NCBI GenBank assembly: GCA_036785375.1
Contig: JAWMAR010000289.1
Coordinates: 2,542,001 to 2,606,000 of the forward strand
Origin: Leucoraja ocellata
Lineage: Eukaryota
Length of the DNA: 64,000 nucleotides
Direction: 5' to 3'
In this document: in pieces, positions 61,321 through 64,000 of the stretch
How the letters are laid out: each line of letters opens with the position of its first letter
Numbering within the stretch: position 1 is the stretch's first letter
Notes under the pieces: model-generated
Databases searched by the model: none
What the model was told of the DNA's origin: nothing
What the model saw: only the letters and a program-made list of their open reading frames with translations
Program-made: the position numbers and the translations under genes

Positions 61321-62948
61321 ACGTAGGATGTGCAGCACCATAAGTATATCCATCCCTTTGGGCCACGCCACTGAACCCTCTATGTCGTGTATCTATGACG
61401 TGTCCAGGTTGATGCGTTGGTGGAATTGGCCACTGGAGGCCCCACAGTGGCCAAGTGCGCAGATCAGACACACGCTGCAGTGGTATGGAGCAGCAGAGCG
61501 GTTTTGGAGGGTATCAACAACAAGGTTGGCACAGACATGATGAGCCAAAGGTCCCATTCCTGTGCTCTGCTGAAATTAATCAACCGGTCAGGCAGCATTT
61601 GTGAAGAGAGAACCACCAATGTTTCAAGTCAGTAATTTCTACCCACAACTGGAGTTCTGTTCTACTTCCTTCCCCCAATTGTAATCTGATCTACTAAAGT
61701 GCCTATAATAGAGCATTTGCAAAGTGGCAGAGATCAAATGAAAGCCAGACGCTTCAAGGCTGTTCAAAAATAAAGGTGATCACCAAATTGTTGTGCTTCA
61801 CATAAGCAGTCTAGATGTACAATGCTAAAATTGGCCAAAAGCTTAAAAATCAACAAATCTTACAATGTTTATTTCAGAACAGTAAATGCTGGTGTTCCTT
61901 GTTTTGTCAAAGTTTGGCATTCCAACAAAGCAAGGCTGAGAAAGACACATGCACAAAGAATCAACCAATCCAGATTTGGCAACAACGCAGTCCATTTTTA
62001 CTTTCCCGTAAATGATGCGACAAGATCAGAAAGAACTTCCTGAAGTGAGAGAGAACGAAAAAAAACCCCGTTAATCAAACAAATTCAAATGCAAATTGTT
62101 GCTTTCTTCACTGCTACTTAAGAACTTTATCCTGAGACTTGTAATCCTCCACCCACATCACTAGACCACCGTATGTCGCTCTGCATTCACCAGAAGGACT
62201 GTTTGGGGCTGTGGCTAATGTGGTTATGGGAATCAAAGCAATGACAAAATATACGGACACTGGGAAGGGAAAGTTTGCTTTTTACACATCTGTATGTTGG
62301 AGAACAGCTAATACTGAAGACCTGGCTTGGAGTCAAATAATGAGTTGAAATTGTTATTTCTGGCCAGTACTCCTTTTTTTTGTTTAAATGGGCTGTCCAT
62401 TTTTATTATTTAAATGGAACAGGAATAAATATTTCTAGTGCCTGTGGTCTGGTTCTCCTCCAGGTTTAAAGGCCACACATACTTAGGGATTCCAAATCCC
62501 AATCTACCTTTGGTTTGCAAACTGTAGTCTCTCTGCTTATCACTAAGAAATTAAGCATTTAGTTAATTAACACCCAGCTACCTGCCCAACCCTGCACCCC
62601 TTAATAACACACACAGCAGTAACTTGTAGCCAGTTTATCTTTAGATTTTTCCTCGGTTCCAGGGACTTTCCAGTACTTCTTGTTCTGATACAGAGATTGG
62701 AATAAACTAATAAATGACTTTGATGTTGAAGGAGCAGCCACCCTGCAATACAAACAGCAAATGTGGCTGCTATTGAGAGCAGTGTATGAACTAGCAGTAC
62801 AACTTGTTATTCATTAACATTGCTACCACATATCTTGCTTCAAACAGGGGAATCAGCCTTCTGGCGAATGGTGTTACTATGGTGTAAAACCCAGATTATG
62901 GTAACAGTCCCACCAGTGAGGGAAGTTGAAGGCAACAGATAATGTTAA

Positions 62949-63137
62949 CTCAGTAGGTCAGACAGCATCCCTGGAGAACATGGATAGGTGACATTTTGGG
63001 TTGAGACCTTCAGAAGAATGGTCTCAACCCAAAATGTCACCTATTCACGTTCTCCAGGAATGCTGCCTGACCTTCTGAATTACTCCAGCACTTTGTGTCC
63101 TTTTATGTATTAACCAACATCCACAGTTATTTGTCTC
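62949..63137. mobile_element. ORF-less PLE fold-back palindrome with 13-bp TSD
   Basis: ATAGGTGACATTTTGGGTTGAGACC / GGTCTCAACCCAAAATGTCACCTAT; TSD CAGATAATGTTAA at 62936-62948 and 63138-63150. Confidence 0.88.
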
Positions 63138-64000
63138 CAGATAATGTTAAATGTCTGTCCTTCTCATCAGTTGATAATACTAATTAACATTAATATGTGA
63201 CAGCAAACAAACCCAAAAGGTAAAATTGTTTTGAATATTGTAACTATGCAGCTTTCTGGACATTAAAATAGAATTTTCCCTGAAATATTTCAGTTTCAAT
63301 TGCAAATTATGATTCAATTCCAAAACGACTCCAGTAAATAGCAGAGTTATATTTAAACCAGCTCAAGAATTAATGCATAATCAAAATGTACCTTGATGTG
63401 ACGTCTGTCAACAGTCTGTAATATTTTCCCCATACACTCCATTAATTACCTTTGGTTTGCACTTGACCCAAGTGAGCAAGTGAAGTGAACAGAGCAGAAG
63501 CTGCGAGGATGATGGTTCCCTTACAGGGGTTCTTGCAGTCACAAAGCTAATGTTATGATAGATATGAACCATTTTTTTAAAACTAAATACTCCAGTTCGG
63601 GCTGACGAACCATACATCCAATGATACTTGTGCAGGAAGGAACTGCAGATGCTGGTTTGGATCAAAGCAAAAGTCCTTTCATTCACAATTTTTTAAATGG
63701 AAATAAGTTCTGAAGGGATGTCAAACATCAACGGCAGGCTAATAAATATCGATTAACTGGACTCTGCCTTCCTGGACAACCAAAAAGACTGAAAAAATAA
63801 AAGGAACTCTTTCGGGCTCTTGAGAATTCATCACCACATTCAATCAGTGTGGCCACTTGGTCACTTCAAAGGTCAACAGTTAGTAGTAGTCTAGCCAGGG
63901 ACTCGTCCTCTGGTCTTAAAGAAGGAATAGAAGTCCTTGGCATGAAAGTCGTTTTCACCAGATAACTATATATCCTACAGTAAAAATTATTATTGGTCCA

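Noticed and set aside
61426-61454. 10-bp perfect hairpin TTGGCCACTG/CAGTGGCCAA
   Set aside because: Isolated, plausible by chance, no supporting context

Overview
Eukaryotic, repeat-dense non-coding DNA (intronic or intergenic), most likely from a cartilaginous fish, probably a skate or ray. This is inferred from the repeat families: HE1-like V-SINEs sharing a CR1/HER1 tail, SacSINE1-like DeuSINEs, and CR1, Rex1/Babar, Tx1 and Penelope-like elements. No host protein-coding exon could be recognised, and every recognisable ORF is a transposon fragment. The most striking feature is about 25 loci derived from Penelope-like element (PLE) pseudo-LTRs, many still showing a minimal hammerhead-ribozyme motif (CUGANGA-A-stem II-GAAA-CGUH). 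They include a very young GIY-YIG-bearing insertion at 44179-45443 with 159-bp inverted arms and a 16-bp TSD. They also include ORF-less ~200-bp fold-back palindromes with their own 9-13 bp TSDs, in which only one arm carries a ~34-nt tail. Several multi-level nested insertions and two N gaps are present. All family calls were made by eye, and boundaries of degenerate copies are approximate.
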